Shown: one piece after another, positions 1-8,815 of the stretch | Layout: each line of letters starts with the position of its first letter | Position numbering within the stretch: the stretch's first letter is position 1 | Assembly (NCBI GenBank): GCA_963744145.1 | Contig: CAVUSO010000001.1 | Location: forward strand, 2,816,001 to 2,880,000 | Origin: an uncultured cyanobacterium | Lineage (GTDB): Bacteria; Cyanobacteriota; Cyanobacteriia; Cyanobacteriales; CAWUOF01 | Direction: 5' to 3' | Length of the DNA stretch: 64,000 nt | Translations under genes and position numbers: made by a program | The notes under the pieces: generated by a model | Databases searched by the model: none | Seen by the model: only the letters and a program-made list of their open reading frames with translations | What the model was told of the DNA's origin: nothing

Positions 1-2280
1 CTCGTCAATAACTAACTCGCGCAAAGTTTGATAGCCAAATCCTTTACAAGTATGTAATTGGGGTGATTGATCTTTGTAGATGATAAAAATGTGAGTGTCG
101 TTGTGAGTAATAAAGAAATTGAGAATAGCTGTATGAGGTTGTTCGATCAGTTGCTGGATGGTGGCAAAATCTAGAGGTTCGACTTGAATTCCTCCAGCTA
201 AAACCGGGTCTAAACGGCGGATTTGTTCCCAGACTTGTTGTTTTTGTGCTTCCAAGCTTTCGATATTTACAGTAACAGTTTCTACTACATCACGAGTGAG
301 AGCAAAACTACCTTTATTGGTTTGCTCGTTCCTAGATTCAGAGTCACCTTGGAAACGTTTTCGTTCAGCATCAATTTGTGCTTGTAGATCATCGTATTGT
401 TGCAAATATTCCTGCACTTGAAGAGGAATTTCACCTGCTGAGTAGAGGTCATTACTTGCCATTAAATCGACTAGACGTTTAGAACGCGATCGATCTACAT
501 ATTCAATGGCTTTGTCAATGTTGCCGATATTGATGTAGGATTGAATAATGTTTTCATAAACGTAAATTGAGTCAGCTAAAATCTGTTGACGACTAGCATC
601 AGTAGTTGACCAACTGCGGATTTTTTCGACAGCAATAATGGCTAATTCGTATCCCTCAATAGCAATATCCCACCAACCTTCTTTGAATGCCAGATCGCCG
701 AGATTTCGGCCAGATTGGAGACAATCTAATGGTAGAGTGGTAGGAGTACGAAATTCTAAAGCTAATCGGAAACAACGAATCGCCGCATCAATATTCTCCG
801 CCCGGTTCCCCGTGATTTTGAACCAGTAGGCATTTCCCAGATTATTTTGAGTCATAGCCCATTGTTCGGGGAAATCGGCCCGGGTTAAGACAGCTAAAGC
901 CAGGTGATAAGCAGCGATCGCCGCATCAATATTCTCCCCCCGGTTCCCCGTGATTTTGGACCTGTAGGCAAGTCCCAGATTAGTTTGAGTATGTGCCCAA
1001 TATTCAGGGAAATCAGCCCGGGTTCTGACTTCTAAAGCCAGTTGAAAAGCAGCGATCGCCGCATCAATATTCTCCCCCCGGTTCCCCGTGATTTTGTCCC
1101 TGTAGGCATTTCCCAGATTATTTTGAGTATGTGCCCATTGTTCGGGGAAATCGGCCCGGGTTCTGACAGCTAAAGCCAGGTGATAAGCAGCGATCGCCGC
1201 ATCAATATTCTCCCCCCGGTTCCCCGTGATTTTGGACCTGTAGGCAAGTCCCAGATTATTTTGAGTTATGGCCCATTGTTCCGGGAAATCGGGCCGGGTT
1301 AAGACAGCTAAAGCCAGTTGAAAAGCAGCGATCGCCGCATCAAGATTCTCCGCCTGGTTCCCCGTGATTTTGAACCAGTAGGCATTTCCCAGATTATTTT
1401 GAGTCATAGCCCAGTCTTCGGGGAAATCGGCCCGGGTTCTGACTTCTAAAGCCAGTTGATAAGCAGCGATCGCCGCATCAATATTCTCCGCCCGGTTCCC
1501 CGTGATTTTGACACAGTAGGCATTTCCCAGATTATTTTGAGTCATAGCCCAGTCTTCGGGGAAATCGGCCCGGGTTAAGACAGCTAAAGCCAGTTGACAA
1601 GCAGTGATCGCCGCATCAATATTCTCCGCCCGGTTCCCCGTGATTTTGGACCTGTAGGCATTTCCCAGATTATTTTGAGTTGTTGCCCATTGTTCGGGGA
1701 AATCGGCCCGGGTTAAGACAGCTAAAGCCAGTTGATAAGCAGCGATCGCCGCATCAATATTCTCCGCTCGGTTCCCCGTGATTTTGTAATAGTAGGTATT
1801 TCCCAGATTATTTTGAGTTTTTGCCCAGTCTTGAGGAAATTTATCGGGAGTGAAAATAGTTAAAATTAATTCGTAACCAATTATCGCAATTTCTAGGTTA
1901 CTAGCCCTGTTTCCTAAAGGAAACTGTTGAATTAAATTACTGAAATTTCTAAAAACTCTTGCAATATATGGAGCTTGTTCTGGTGCAACTTGCGAGAGAA
2001 TATTTTTAGCCCAATTTGGATACAATTGAACTAAGGTCTGATTGAGTTTATCTCGGTTAGCAGCAATGATGGGATAGACGACTTGTGGGTTGCCATTACT
2101 TTTAGAAGTTGCTTGCAATACTTCACGCAAAAATATAGTATACTTTTCTGGTGATCCTCTGGATGAGGTATTGCCCAGATAAGCGGCTATTTGCTGTGCC
2201 AACTTAGTTAAAAATCTTGTGAGACACTCAAGTAAGGCTTGAATTAAATTGAGATAGTCTTGTCGGCGTTCTTTGTCCAT
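1..2280 (-). CDS. TPR-repeat protein, probably TPR-CHAT (caspase-like) protease; 3' part runs off the window
   Basis: Not in the ORF track because it has no stop in the window. ATG at 2280 (MDKERRQDYLNLIQALLE...). Eight 46-aa repeats of type PEQWAMTQNNLGNAY..KITGNRAENIDAAIAAYQLAL, then 'AIEYVDRSRSKRLVDLMA', a linker typical upstream of cyanobacterial CHAT domains. The catalytic domain itself is not visible. Confidence 0.8.
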   Translation of the reverse strand, partial: MDKERRQDYLNLIQALLECLTRFLTKLAQQIAAYLGNTSSRGSPEKYTIFLREVLQATSKSNGNPQVVYPIIAANRDKLNQTLVQLYPNWAKNILSQVAPEQAPYIARVFRNFSNLIQQFPLGNRASNLEIAIIGYELILTIFTPDKFPQDWAKTQNNLGNTYYYKITGNRAENIDAAIAAYQLALAVLTRADFPEQWATTQNNLGNAYRSKITGNRAENIDAAITACQLALAVLTRADFPEDWAMTQNNLGNAYCVKITGNRAENIDAAIAAYQLALEVRTRADFPEDWAMTQNNLGNAYWFKITGNQAENLDAAIAAFQLALAVLTRPDFPEQWAITQNNLGLAYRSKITGNRGENIDAAIAAYHLALAVRTRADFPEQWAHTQNNLGNAYRDKITGNRGENIDAAIAAFQLALEVRTRADFPEYWAHTQTNLGLAYRSKITGNRGENIDAAIAAYHLALAVLTRADFPEQWAMTQNNLGNAYWFKITGNRAENIDAAIRCFRLALEFRTPTTLPLDCLQSGRNLGDLAFKEGWWDIAIEGYELAIIAVEKIRSWSTTDASRQQILADSIYVYENIIQSYINIGNIDKAIEYVDRSRSKRLVDLMASNDLYSAGEIPLQVQEYLQQYDDLQAQIDAERKRFQGDSESRNEQTNKGSFALTRDVVETVTVNIESLEAQKQQVWEQIRRLDPVLAGGIQVEPLDFATIQQLIEQPHTAILNFFITHNDTHIFIIYKDQSPQLHTCKGFGYQTLRELVIDE
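773..1876 (-). repeat. Eight near-identical 138-bp (46-aa) TPR-coding tandem repeats
   Basis: GCAG(C/T)GATCGCCGCATCAA recurs at 911, 1049, 1187, 1325, 1463, 1601 and 1739 (period 138), with a degenerate copy at ~773. Confidence 0.95.
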
Positions 2281-2371
2281 TCTTATGTTTCCTTGTTCTA
2301 CTAAATAATTAAAATAAAAATTACTGCTTACTAAACTTTACAAACGGCAATCCTAACATTTACAATAATAG

Positions 2372-2428
2372 AAATGCGATCGCGGTCATTAGAAATACGA
2401 TCGCGGTAATTGGAAATGCGATCGCGGA
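2372..2428. repeat. Three 21-bp HIP1-based tandem repeats (GAAATRCGATCGCGG...)
   Basis: gaaatgcgatcgcggtcatta / gaaatacgatcgcggtaattg / gaaatgcgatcgcggata. Confidence 0.8.
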
Positions 2429-2433
2429 TAAAA

Positions 2434-2477
2434 TTCGACTGCCCTTCGACTGCGCTCAGGGCACAGACAGGGCAAAC
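2434..2477. repeat. 24-bp dispersed micro-element (CCCTTCGACTGCGCTCAGGGCACA) inside a partial copy of itself
   Basis: Inner copy 2442-2465 matches the reverse complement of the elements at 4902-4949 and is flanked by ttcgactg...cagggcaaa. Confidence 0.65.
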
Positions 2478-2490
2478 TTAGAGAGGTCTA

Positions 2491-3309
2491 TTAATCTGAG
2501 TCATCATCACCCCAAATTTCATCTAACTTGTCTAGCAACTCTTCTGCTAAATCTTGCAGGTCACTTTTGTCGGAATCATCAAACTCTCCTTTATCCATAA
2601 TAGATGTTCCACCTCGGGAAACAAGACCTTTTTCTGTGGGTAGATAACTAGCTAAAAAATCCCCACCAGCATAGCGTCGCTCGTATTTGTCATGGGTGCG
2701 ATATATTCGTTCCAATTGAGCAGCAATCTCTGAAATTGGCTGATCTGCTAATCTTTCCCTCACTTTAATTGCTATTTCGTCCTCACTTTGCAAAAAAATC
2801 TGTGCTGATTCTAAGCGATCGATATAATCAATGAATGTTTCGATTGGTTGAAGACTAGCAATTTCTATTTCTTCTGGTGGTGCGTCTGGATCTATAGTTG
2901 GAGAAAATCCTAACAACTGCACTTCATGTACGGGTGTATCGCCATACGCCCCTTCTGGGAATTGAACACCAATATAGGCAATTCTATCTTCAGTTACCTC
3001 GATCGGTAGAGAAATAACAGTTTCTCCTGGTAAAACCGGACGACATTCTAATTTCCCCAAATTGGGAATCACCAAATCAGCTACATCCAGGATAGCGCGA
3101 ATCCCAGGATGCCAACTTTCACCTTGATTTAAGTCTGTGTCTATTTCCATCCACTCCAGAAAATTATGCACCATATAGACTGCCAAGGTGTTAAAATAAA
3201 CTCGTTTACCTTTTGCTGGGGTGGCTTGTTCTGAGGCAAATTTACGCGCTATTTCCTGATATTGTTGAGGAATAGCAATAGTTAGAAAGGAATTTTCTCT
3301 GGTATTCAT
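2491..3309 (-). CDS. DUF1822 family protein
   Basis: FASEQATPAKGKRVYFNTLAVY, DVADLVIPNLGKLECRPVLPG, DRIAYIGV...LLGF motifs typical of cyanobacterial DUF1822 N-termini. Confidence 0.85.
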   Translation of the reverse strand: MNTRENSFLTIAIPQQYQEIARKFASEQATPAKGKRVYFNTLAVYMVHNFLEWMEIDTDLNQGESWHPGIRAILDVADLVIPNLGKLECRPVLPGETVISLPIEVTEDRIAYIGVQFPEGAYGDTPVHEVQLLGFSPTIDPDAPPEEIEIASLQPIETFIDYIDRLESAQIFLQSEDEIAIKVRERLADQPISEIAAQLERIYRTHDKYERRYAGGDFLASYLPTEKGLVSRGGTSIMDKGEFDDSDKSDLQDLAEELLDKLDEIWGDDDSD

Positions 3310-3311
3310 TT

Positions 3312-4142
3312 TTATTGATCCTGTTGGTATCCAAAATTTTTAGCAATCTCTCTCAGAAGAGGTAAACATCTTCTTTTCCAGTGGGAATTGAGAGCTTGGT
3401 AGTTCACATTAAATTCCTTGGCAATATCAGATAGCTTGTCTGGTGGATCTTTTAATTGTAATCTTTTGGCTAGTTCTTGACAGTTAGCGTTAGGGTGTTC
3501 TCTAGGATGACAACTTTGCAGTTCTCCTTCTGGATCTTCCTCTATATACTGCCACAACCTTTGACCAATTTGTTGTGTTTCTTGTTTAATTAGCACATCT
3601 ATACCCGTGGGCTTTTCTGTCGGAACTGTACCTATATAAGTCTCTCCATTTTCACTGGGAAGAGGAACATCTAGAGACAAAGGCTGAATTTTAAAACGGC
3701 GGTAGAGATCAATGATTTTAAACTTGAGAATTTTATTGAACCACGTAACAAAATCTCTGATTATTTCCAAACTAGCATCATTGATATCCAAGTTTCTCTT
3801 TTGGACAAACTTACGGAGATGGCGATCGCTAATTTTTGCTTTTTCTTGATCGCTAATTTTTACTTTGTCTAAAGAAATAGCTTCGAGAGCATCATTGAAA
3901 GCCTCTTGGTAGTTAATTCGTTGGTCGGCTGAGTGGTATATACCTGGAAGTTGCGGGATCAGCGTTAATAGCCCATTCATAGCCTGGTTTTGCTCTGGAC
4001 TACCATTTTGATAGGTAAGCACCTCTTCAATCCGTTGGCGGAGTTGTTCATTCATGCGAGCATTTATGAAAAAAGGTATGCTTTCCATATTATCAAGAAA
4101 GCATCCCTCACTTGCGACTTTACCCATTTTCTTAAGCTGCAT
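3312..4142 (-). CDS. Sigma-70-like / HTH transcription regulator of the type encoded next to DUF1822
   Basis: TWFNKILKFKIIDLY (region-2-like), SLDVPL, C-terminal YIEEDPEG...LSDIAKEFNVNYQALNSHWKRRCLPLL HTH. Start uncertain (4142, 4088 or 4055). Confidence 0.75.
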   Translation of the reverse strand: MQLKKMGKVASEGCFLDNMESIPFFINARMNEQLRQRIEEVLTYQNGSPEQNQAMNGLLTLIPQLPGIYHSADQRINYQEAFNDALEAISLDKVKISDQEKAKISDRHLRKFVQKRNLDINDASLEIIRDFVTWFNKILKFKIIDLYRRFKIQPLSLDVPLPSENGETYIGTVPTEKPTGIDVLIKQETQQIGQRLWQYIEEDPEGELQSCHPREHPNANCQELAKRLQLKDPPDKLSDIAKEFNVNYQALNSHWKRRCLPLLREIAKNFGYQQDQ

Positions 4143-4428
4143 CGCCTAAATCGCCTCCAGGTTGCTGATTTTCCTCTTTCCAGTTGCGATTCCCTTCCTC
4201 ATACGGTTGCTGGGCTGCAATTAGATCCTGCTCACATTGTTTAATTTGCGTCCCATAACGGTAAGCGATCATCTTTAAATCTTCTGTTAAAACCTCTTCC
4301 AACTCAGCACTCTGATCTTGGACCCATTGCTGACGTACTGATGGGACAAGATGTGGCCAGCGATCGACCATTTGCCAGAGATAAAGTTGATATTCATCAT
4401 TATGATCAGACTGGTTGAAATTCATCAT
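4132..4428 (-). CDS. Small acidic hypothetical protein, first gene of the sigma-like/DUF1822 operon
   Basis: 98-aa ORF overlapping the next ORF by 11 bp on the same strand. Confidence 0.6.
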   Translation of the reverse strand: MMNFNQSDHNDEYQLYLWQMVDRWPHLVPSVRQQWVQDQSAELEEVLTEDLKMIAYRYGTQIKQCEQDLIAAQQPYEEGNRNWKEENQQPGGDLGDAA

Positions 4429-4732
4429 TGCTTGGGTTGTTTTGTGCTTACAACCTTTAGTCGTTCAAGTGGTGAGAAATTATGCAACTTTTTTTTGAAT
4501 GTGGGACAGGATGCCCTATAGTTCAGTTAAGAGTATTTTGGGGGATATGGGCGAAGAAGAGTTTACCCGCTCGCGGAATCAAAGGGTAGTTGAATGGGGC
4601 GATCGCGTAGCGTACCGTAGACATCAGCATTCGGATTTAACATTACAACGGATTCGGTGGTTCATGAAGTACAGTAAGATTTGGCACGAATAGCGATAAG
4701 TTAAAGTTAATTGTGATTGATCTGTGTTGGTT

Positions 4733-4791
4733 GGGCGGGTTTATGATGTTGATCTATTTGTGTCAGAATTAACTGGTGAACCCGCCCCTAC
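4733..4791. repeat. REP-like inverted repeat (GGGCGGGTTT...AACCCGCCCCTAC)
   Basis: Inverted arms; the same family occurs at 4846-4978 and 63437-63497. Confidence 0.75.
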
Positions 4792-4845
4792 AAATCCTGG
4801 TTTATTGTCATCATAAATTCATTGACAATACATTTTTATGATCTC

Positions 4846-4978
4846 GTAGGGGCGGGTTCACCGCTGAATTTGCCACACACAAATAACTCTTGTGCCGAGC
4901 GCTTGCCCTGAGTTTATCCTGAGCGTAGCCGAAGGGCGTAGTCGAAGGGTAGTCGAGGTATTGATGAACCCGCCCTGC
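4846..4978. repeat. REP-like inverted repeat carrying triply nested 24-bp micro-elements
   Basis: gtaggggcgggttcacc...gatgaacccgccc arms; nested elements at 4892-4960. Confidence 0.75.
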
Positions 4979-5155
4979 CTCACAGATCACCTTGATGAAC
5001 TCTTGTGTCGAGCCTAATCGAGACATCACTCATCTGGCATTACAGACAATATTGCTATACTTCATAAACAGGTCATAGGTTGTAAACCCGCTCAACCAAA
5101 CGAGATAACTGACTGTACTTCATCAACGGGTCATCCGCTGTAACTGACCTGAAAA

Positions 5156-6607
5156 TTACCCATTTTTTACATCAACATAAATATATTTACCATACTGTTT
5201 AAATTCATCATCTTTATCCAATAAATTTCGGATAGCTTGACGAAGTTCTTTAGCTGGTAATAGACAATCACGCTCGTAATCACTTAAGGTTAAATTCAGA
5301 TCAGGGTACAAAATCTTGAGAAAACCTGCGGCTGATTTAATAATAGCATTTTCATCTCGAATATTGACTGTCTTTTTATCAAAATTAGTATGTTCGATCG
5401 CATATTGTTTAAATTGATTTTCTTGGCGTAAAGATAGCAAGACTTCACCAAAAAAATCCATCTTCAATCCAATTTGAGATGCGATCATATCTTTCTGGAA
5501 TTTGGGAATTTTCCATCCAGGGATAATTCCAGCAAAGCGATCTAAAAAAGCTGTTTCATCCAAAAATTTAGGCAGTGTGGAAAGTAAATTGTTTTCATTA
5601 AAGGGGAGTAGCTGTTCGTTTAATTCGATATTAGCGAGCATGACAAAAGAGCAGTCACTCGCAATATCTTCATATCCTCCCCGATTATAACGACCATTAG
5701 CAAGATAATTTTTTAGTGGACCAATCATTTCACTGGGGTTGTCAAACCTCAGACTCTGAACTTCATCTAGAATTACTGCATCATAACATCCTAGTAAACC
5801 TGTTTCTTTGGTTTTACCATTAAAAAAAAGTACCGCTGGTCCAATTTTTCCGCCACTTACCAATTTGATTTTGTTACTGATATTTTCAAAAAAAAAGCTT
5901 TTACCTGTTCCTTTGGGAGCTAACTCCCAAAGATGGTAATTTGGTTCTACTAATGGTAATAGTCGAGCTAGCACCCAGGTTTTTGCGTCGTAAGTATAAT
6001 CGGGATGCTCTGGATTAAAACCCATTGAACAAAATATTAAATCTCGCCATTCTTCACTACGGAAACGTGAGCGATAATTCGCATATTCTTTCAAATCTAC
6101 ACTAGAACATTGGAATGGATCAAAATCCATTACTTGGATTTTGCCATCATTGTTCATAGTTAAACTTATTTTGCCCCAAATCCCTTGACGGAGTAACCGT
6201 TCATAACGTTCAACTAGATCCTTAGAAATCCGACAGTCATCAAAACTTAAAATAGGAATAGATGCTACGGGTTCGGGAATTTCTTCTTTGGATTTTTGTA
6301 ATTTTACTCGAACTTGCATTGCGGCAATTATTTTAATTACTTCTCCCTGGGTTAGACGGTATTTGAAAACTTCTTTATCGTTTTTGCGTGGGAAAGCTTT
6401 TTGAATAAAATTATCTATTTTTTCCTGTTCATTTGGGCTGAGTTTCCCAGTTCCTGGTACAATTTTATCGAGTAGCCATTCAGCTACGAAACTTGGTACT
6501 CCCGTAGCTGTTAGACCACTAGAAGGTAAGCGAGTTTTATCTATACTCAGAGAGCCAAAAACATCGCGAACAAGAGTGTTGTTATATATTGATTCAGGTA
6601 AATTCAT
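5156..6607 (-). CDS. brxL: BrxL-like MCM/AAA+ ATPase lacking the C-terminal Lon protease domain
   Basis: VPSFVAEWLL, RLLPLVEPNYHLWELAPKGTGKS (Walker A), YDAVILDEVQ (Walker B), ETAFLDRFAGIIPGWKIPK; only 483 aa. Confidence 0.85.
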   Translation of the reverse strand: MNLPESIYNNTLVRDVFGSLSIDKTRLPSSGLTATGVPSFVAEWLLDKIVPGTGKLSPNEQEKIDNFIQKAFPRKNDKEVFKYRLTQGEVIKIIAAMQVRVKLQKSKEEIPEPVASIPILSFDDCRISKDLVERYERLLRQGIWGKISLTMNNDGKIQVMDFDPFQCSSVDLKEYANYRSRFRSEEWRDLIFCSMGFNPEHPDYTYDAKTWVLARLLPLVEPNYHLWELAPKGTGKSFFFENISNKIKLVSGGKIGPAVLFFNGKTKETGLLGCYDAVILDEVQSLRFDNPSEMIGPLKNYLANGRYNRGGYEDIASDCSFVMLANIELNEQLLPFNENNLLSTLPKFLDETAFLDRFAGIIPGWKIPKFQKDMIASQIGLKMDFFGEVLLSLRQENQFKQYAIEHTNFDKKTVNIRDENAIIKSAAGFLKILYPDLNLTLSDYERDCLLPAKELRQAIRNLLDKDDEFKQYGKYIYVDVKNG

Positions 6608-8798
6608 CGATATTTAATCTACTTTGGAAAATTCGATTGATCGTAATAGAAGATGTAGGTTCTAGTGAACAAATCCCTAGTTCGGTGTGATTAAAACGAA
6701 ATTGCAACTTACCAGAGAGAAATAGCTGCTTTTCCCTTTGGGAAATTGGCAATTCGGGCCAATTCGCAATTTCTAGGTCTAAGGTAATTTTATCCTGAGC
6801 TGTAATTTCCGCATCAAGATATTTTCCTGCTTTCAAATTCGGTAATTCATTGATATATAAATAAAGGTCTGTAATGGACACGGAGTTGGGATTATCAATA
6901 GTAATTTTTAAGGTTCCTGTTTCGTTGGGTTTACCCTCTCCAGAACAAATAATAATAATTGGGTATCGCTCTACCAAAAGACTCAGTACCGAGACTCCCA
7001 CGACGACTTCTTCCGGAAATAATCCACCATGAGTTCCTATTGCTGATCCATCCGTGGTGTTGAACGAACCTAAACAAGCAGCATCTCTAACTATACTAAC
7101 ATCATGGGGGAGACTAAAGCGACCAGATTCTAAGACAATAAATCTTGGATCATTAGTTTTTCCGATCGCCATTCTACCTTTTGTAGTTATCTCTTGTGGA
7201 GCATCCTTAAGGGTTTCTACTGGACCAATCATTTGTCCATGATCGCTGGAGATCACTATTTTTAAGTTTTCCGGATTAGGGTGTCGTTTGAGACAATATC
7301 CTATTTGTTTAGCAATACCTTCTAAGGTATGGGGACGTTGAACCTGATCAAGATTTTGCCAGTTACGTTCACTATGGTAAATATCATCAAGTTGATTTGT
7401 ATCCCAGCAATAAAGCTGATGAGCATTTTGCTGCAAATCTTGATCAAGATGGTGACGTTGTTTGTCTGTGTAACGTTTACCAATTCCGATTAGAGAAAAA
7501 GCTTTGTTAATTTCCATATTCCAAGATTCATGATCGGGAAGTAATTGAGAGTAAAGACTCCATTTTGCGTATTCCGTTTTAGTTGGCAAAATGCTGAATC
7601 TCCCAGAAATATCTGTGGTAATTTTTAAATTGTTTTCCTCGGTCAATATTTTGAGCAATTCTTGGTGATCTAGCCATCCTAATCCATCAATTACTACCCA
7701 AAAAACAGGATTTTTTTGACAAAGTTCTTTGACTAGATAGGTAACATTGTAGTTTAATGTTGAATGACTAACTGAATCTAGTTTTAATTCTGGGTAATGT
7801 TTAAATAGCCACTCTAGAAAGGTATTTGCTAGACGATCACTTAATCTTTGTCCAATCGGAGATTTTTTGATAGCGATCTCCCACTTACGGAATGGTAAAT
7901 AACTTTTTGTTACCCATTCTAGTACATCTGAGACACTGGTTTCTAGTGCTAGAGGTTGTGGTTGAGATGGTGGTTGTTGATTATTTAAGTCTATCCGCTG
8001 TTGGAAATTCAGGTAAGCAGAAATTTTGGCGATCCTTTCTTTGGTAATCCAGGCTGTTTTTTTGGTTAAGATATTACTAGCGATCGCTGCAATTCGTTTT
8101 ATTCCTGGTTGCTCATGGGGAACGATCGCATCTAAAATTCCTCCTTGAGTTTTGAGGATCTGAGCATTCCAAAAATTGTCAAATTCTGAGGCTAAAATAT
8201 CAGGAATTTCCCGAGGATAAACCGGAAGTTCTTTAATTGGTGGTTCTAATAAACCCAACCACTGTTTGAGAAAAATAAGTTTATCATTGGTCTGGTAATA
8301 ACTAGCTAGTTCTAGATTTAATGATTGAATTTTATTTTGCCAAACTTGCTCAAAAAATTGGTATTTTGATGGTACTTGTATAGATAACCATCGACTTAAA
8401 TGCTCAATTGATGGTGGTTCAAACCACAAATTATCACTATCGGTGGTTATTTCTGATAGAAGATGAGCGATCGCATTATCTACCGGATAAGGCTCAAGTT
8501 CTATCACTAACTCTAAGATTTGTTTATCATCCCATTCTGACGGTAAAGGTAAGGGGTTAAATATTGATGCTAATTTCAACCGAGGGTGTTGTTTTTCTTC
8601 AACGATCGCATCAGTTTTGTCCCAAATGTACAGCCATTCACGAGTCCAATCACACAGTAATTTACCTTGAATCCAGTAAGCGCAGTTATCCTGAAAAAAG
8701 AATTTTAACCATTCTACTTCTGTAGTAATGGGAATATAACCATCAGGGATTTGATAGAGTCTAGTTGGATCTAAAATAACAGATTTAACCCTCGCCAT
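6594..8798 (-). CDS. pglZ: PglZ-domain (alkaline-phosphatase superfamily) protein
   Basis: WVVIDGLG, SILPTKTEYAK, VISSDHG, THGGLFPEEVVVG motifs, followed by an Ig-like C-terminal segment. Confidence 0.88.
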   Translation of the reverse strand: MARVKSVILDPTRLYQIPDGYIPITTEVEWLKFFFQDNCAYWIQGKLLCDWTREWLYIWDKTDAIVEEKQHPRLKLASIFNPLPLPSEWDDKQILELVIELEPYPVDNAIAHLLSEITTDSDNLWFEPPSIEHLSRWLSIQVPSKYQFFEQVWQNKIQSLNLELASYYQTNDKLIFLKQWLGLLEPPIKELPVYPREIPDILASEFDNFWNAQILKTQGGILDAIVPHEQPGIKRIAAIASNILTKKTAWITKERIAKISAYLNFQQRIDLNNQQPPSQPQPLALETSVSDVLEWVTKSYLPFRKWEIAIKKSPIGQRLSDRLANTFLEWLFKHYPELKLDSVSHSTLNYNVTYLVKELCQKNPVFWVVIDGLGWLDHQELLKILTEENNLKITTDISGRFSILPTKTEYAKWSLYSQLLPDHESWNMEINKAFSLIGIGKRYTDKQRHHLDQDLQQNAHQLYCWDTNQLDDIYHSERNWQNLDQVQRPHTLEGIAKQIGYCLKRHPNPENLKIVISSDHGQMIGPVETLKDAPQEITTKGRMAIGKTNDPRFIVLESGRFSLPHDVSIVRDAACLGSFNTTDGSAIGTHGGLFPEEVVVGVSVLSLLVERYPIIIICSGEGKPNETGTLKITIDNPNSVSITDLYLYINELPNLKAGKYLDAEITAQDKITLDLEIANWPELPISQREKQLFLSGKLQFRFNHTELGICSLEPTSSITINRIFQSRLNIDEFT

Positions 8799-8815
8799 AA
8801 ATCAATCAAAACCCC

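Noticed and set aside
773..1876. 138-bp repeats as CRISPR or as a DGR template/variable pair
   Set aside because: They are in-frame coding TPR units; variation is not adenine-specific and no reverse transcriptase is present in the window.
4499..5029. Short ORFs 4499-4693 and 4811-5029
   Set aside because: They are composed of REP/micro-element sequence with no protein-like features.
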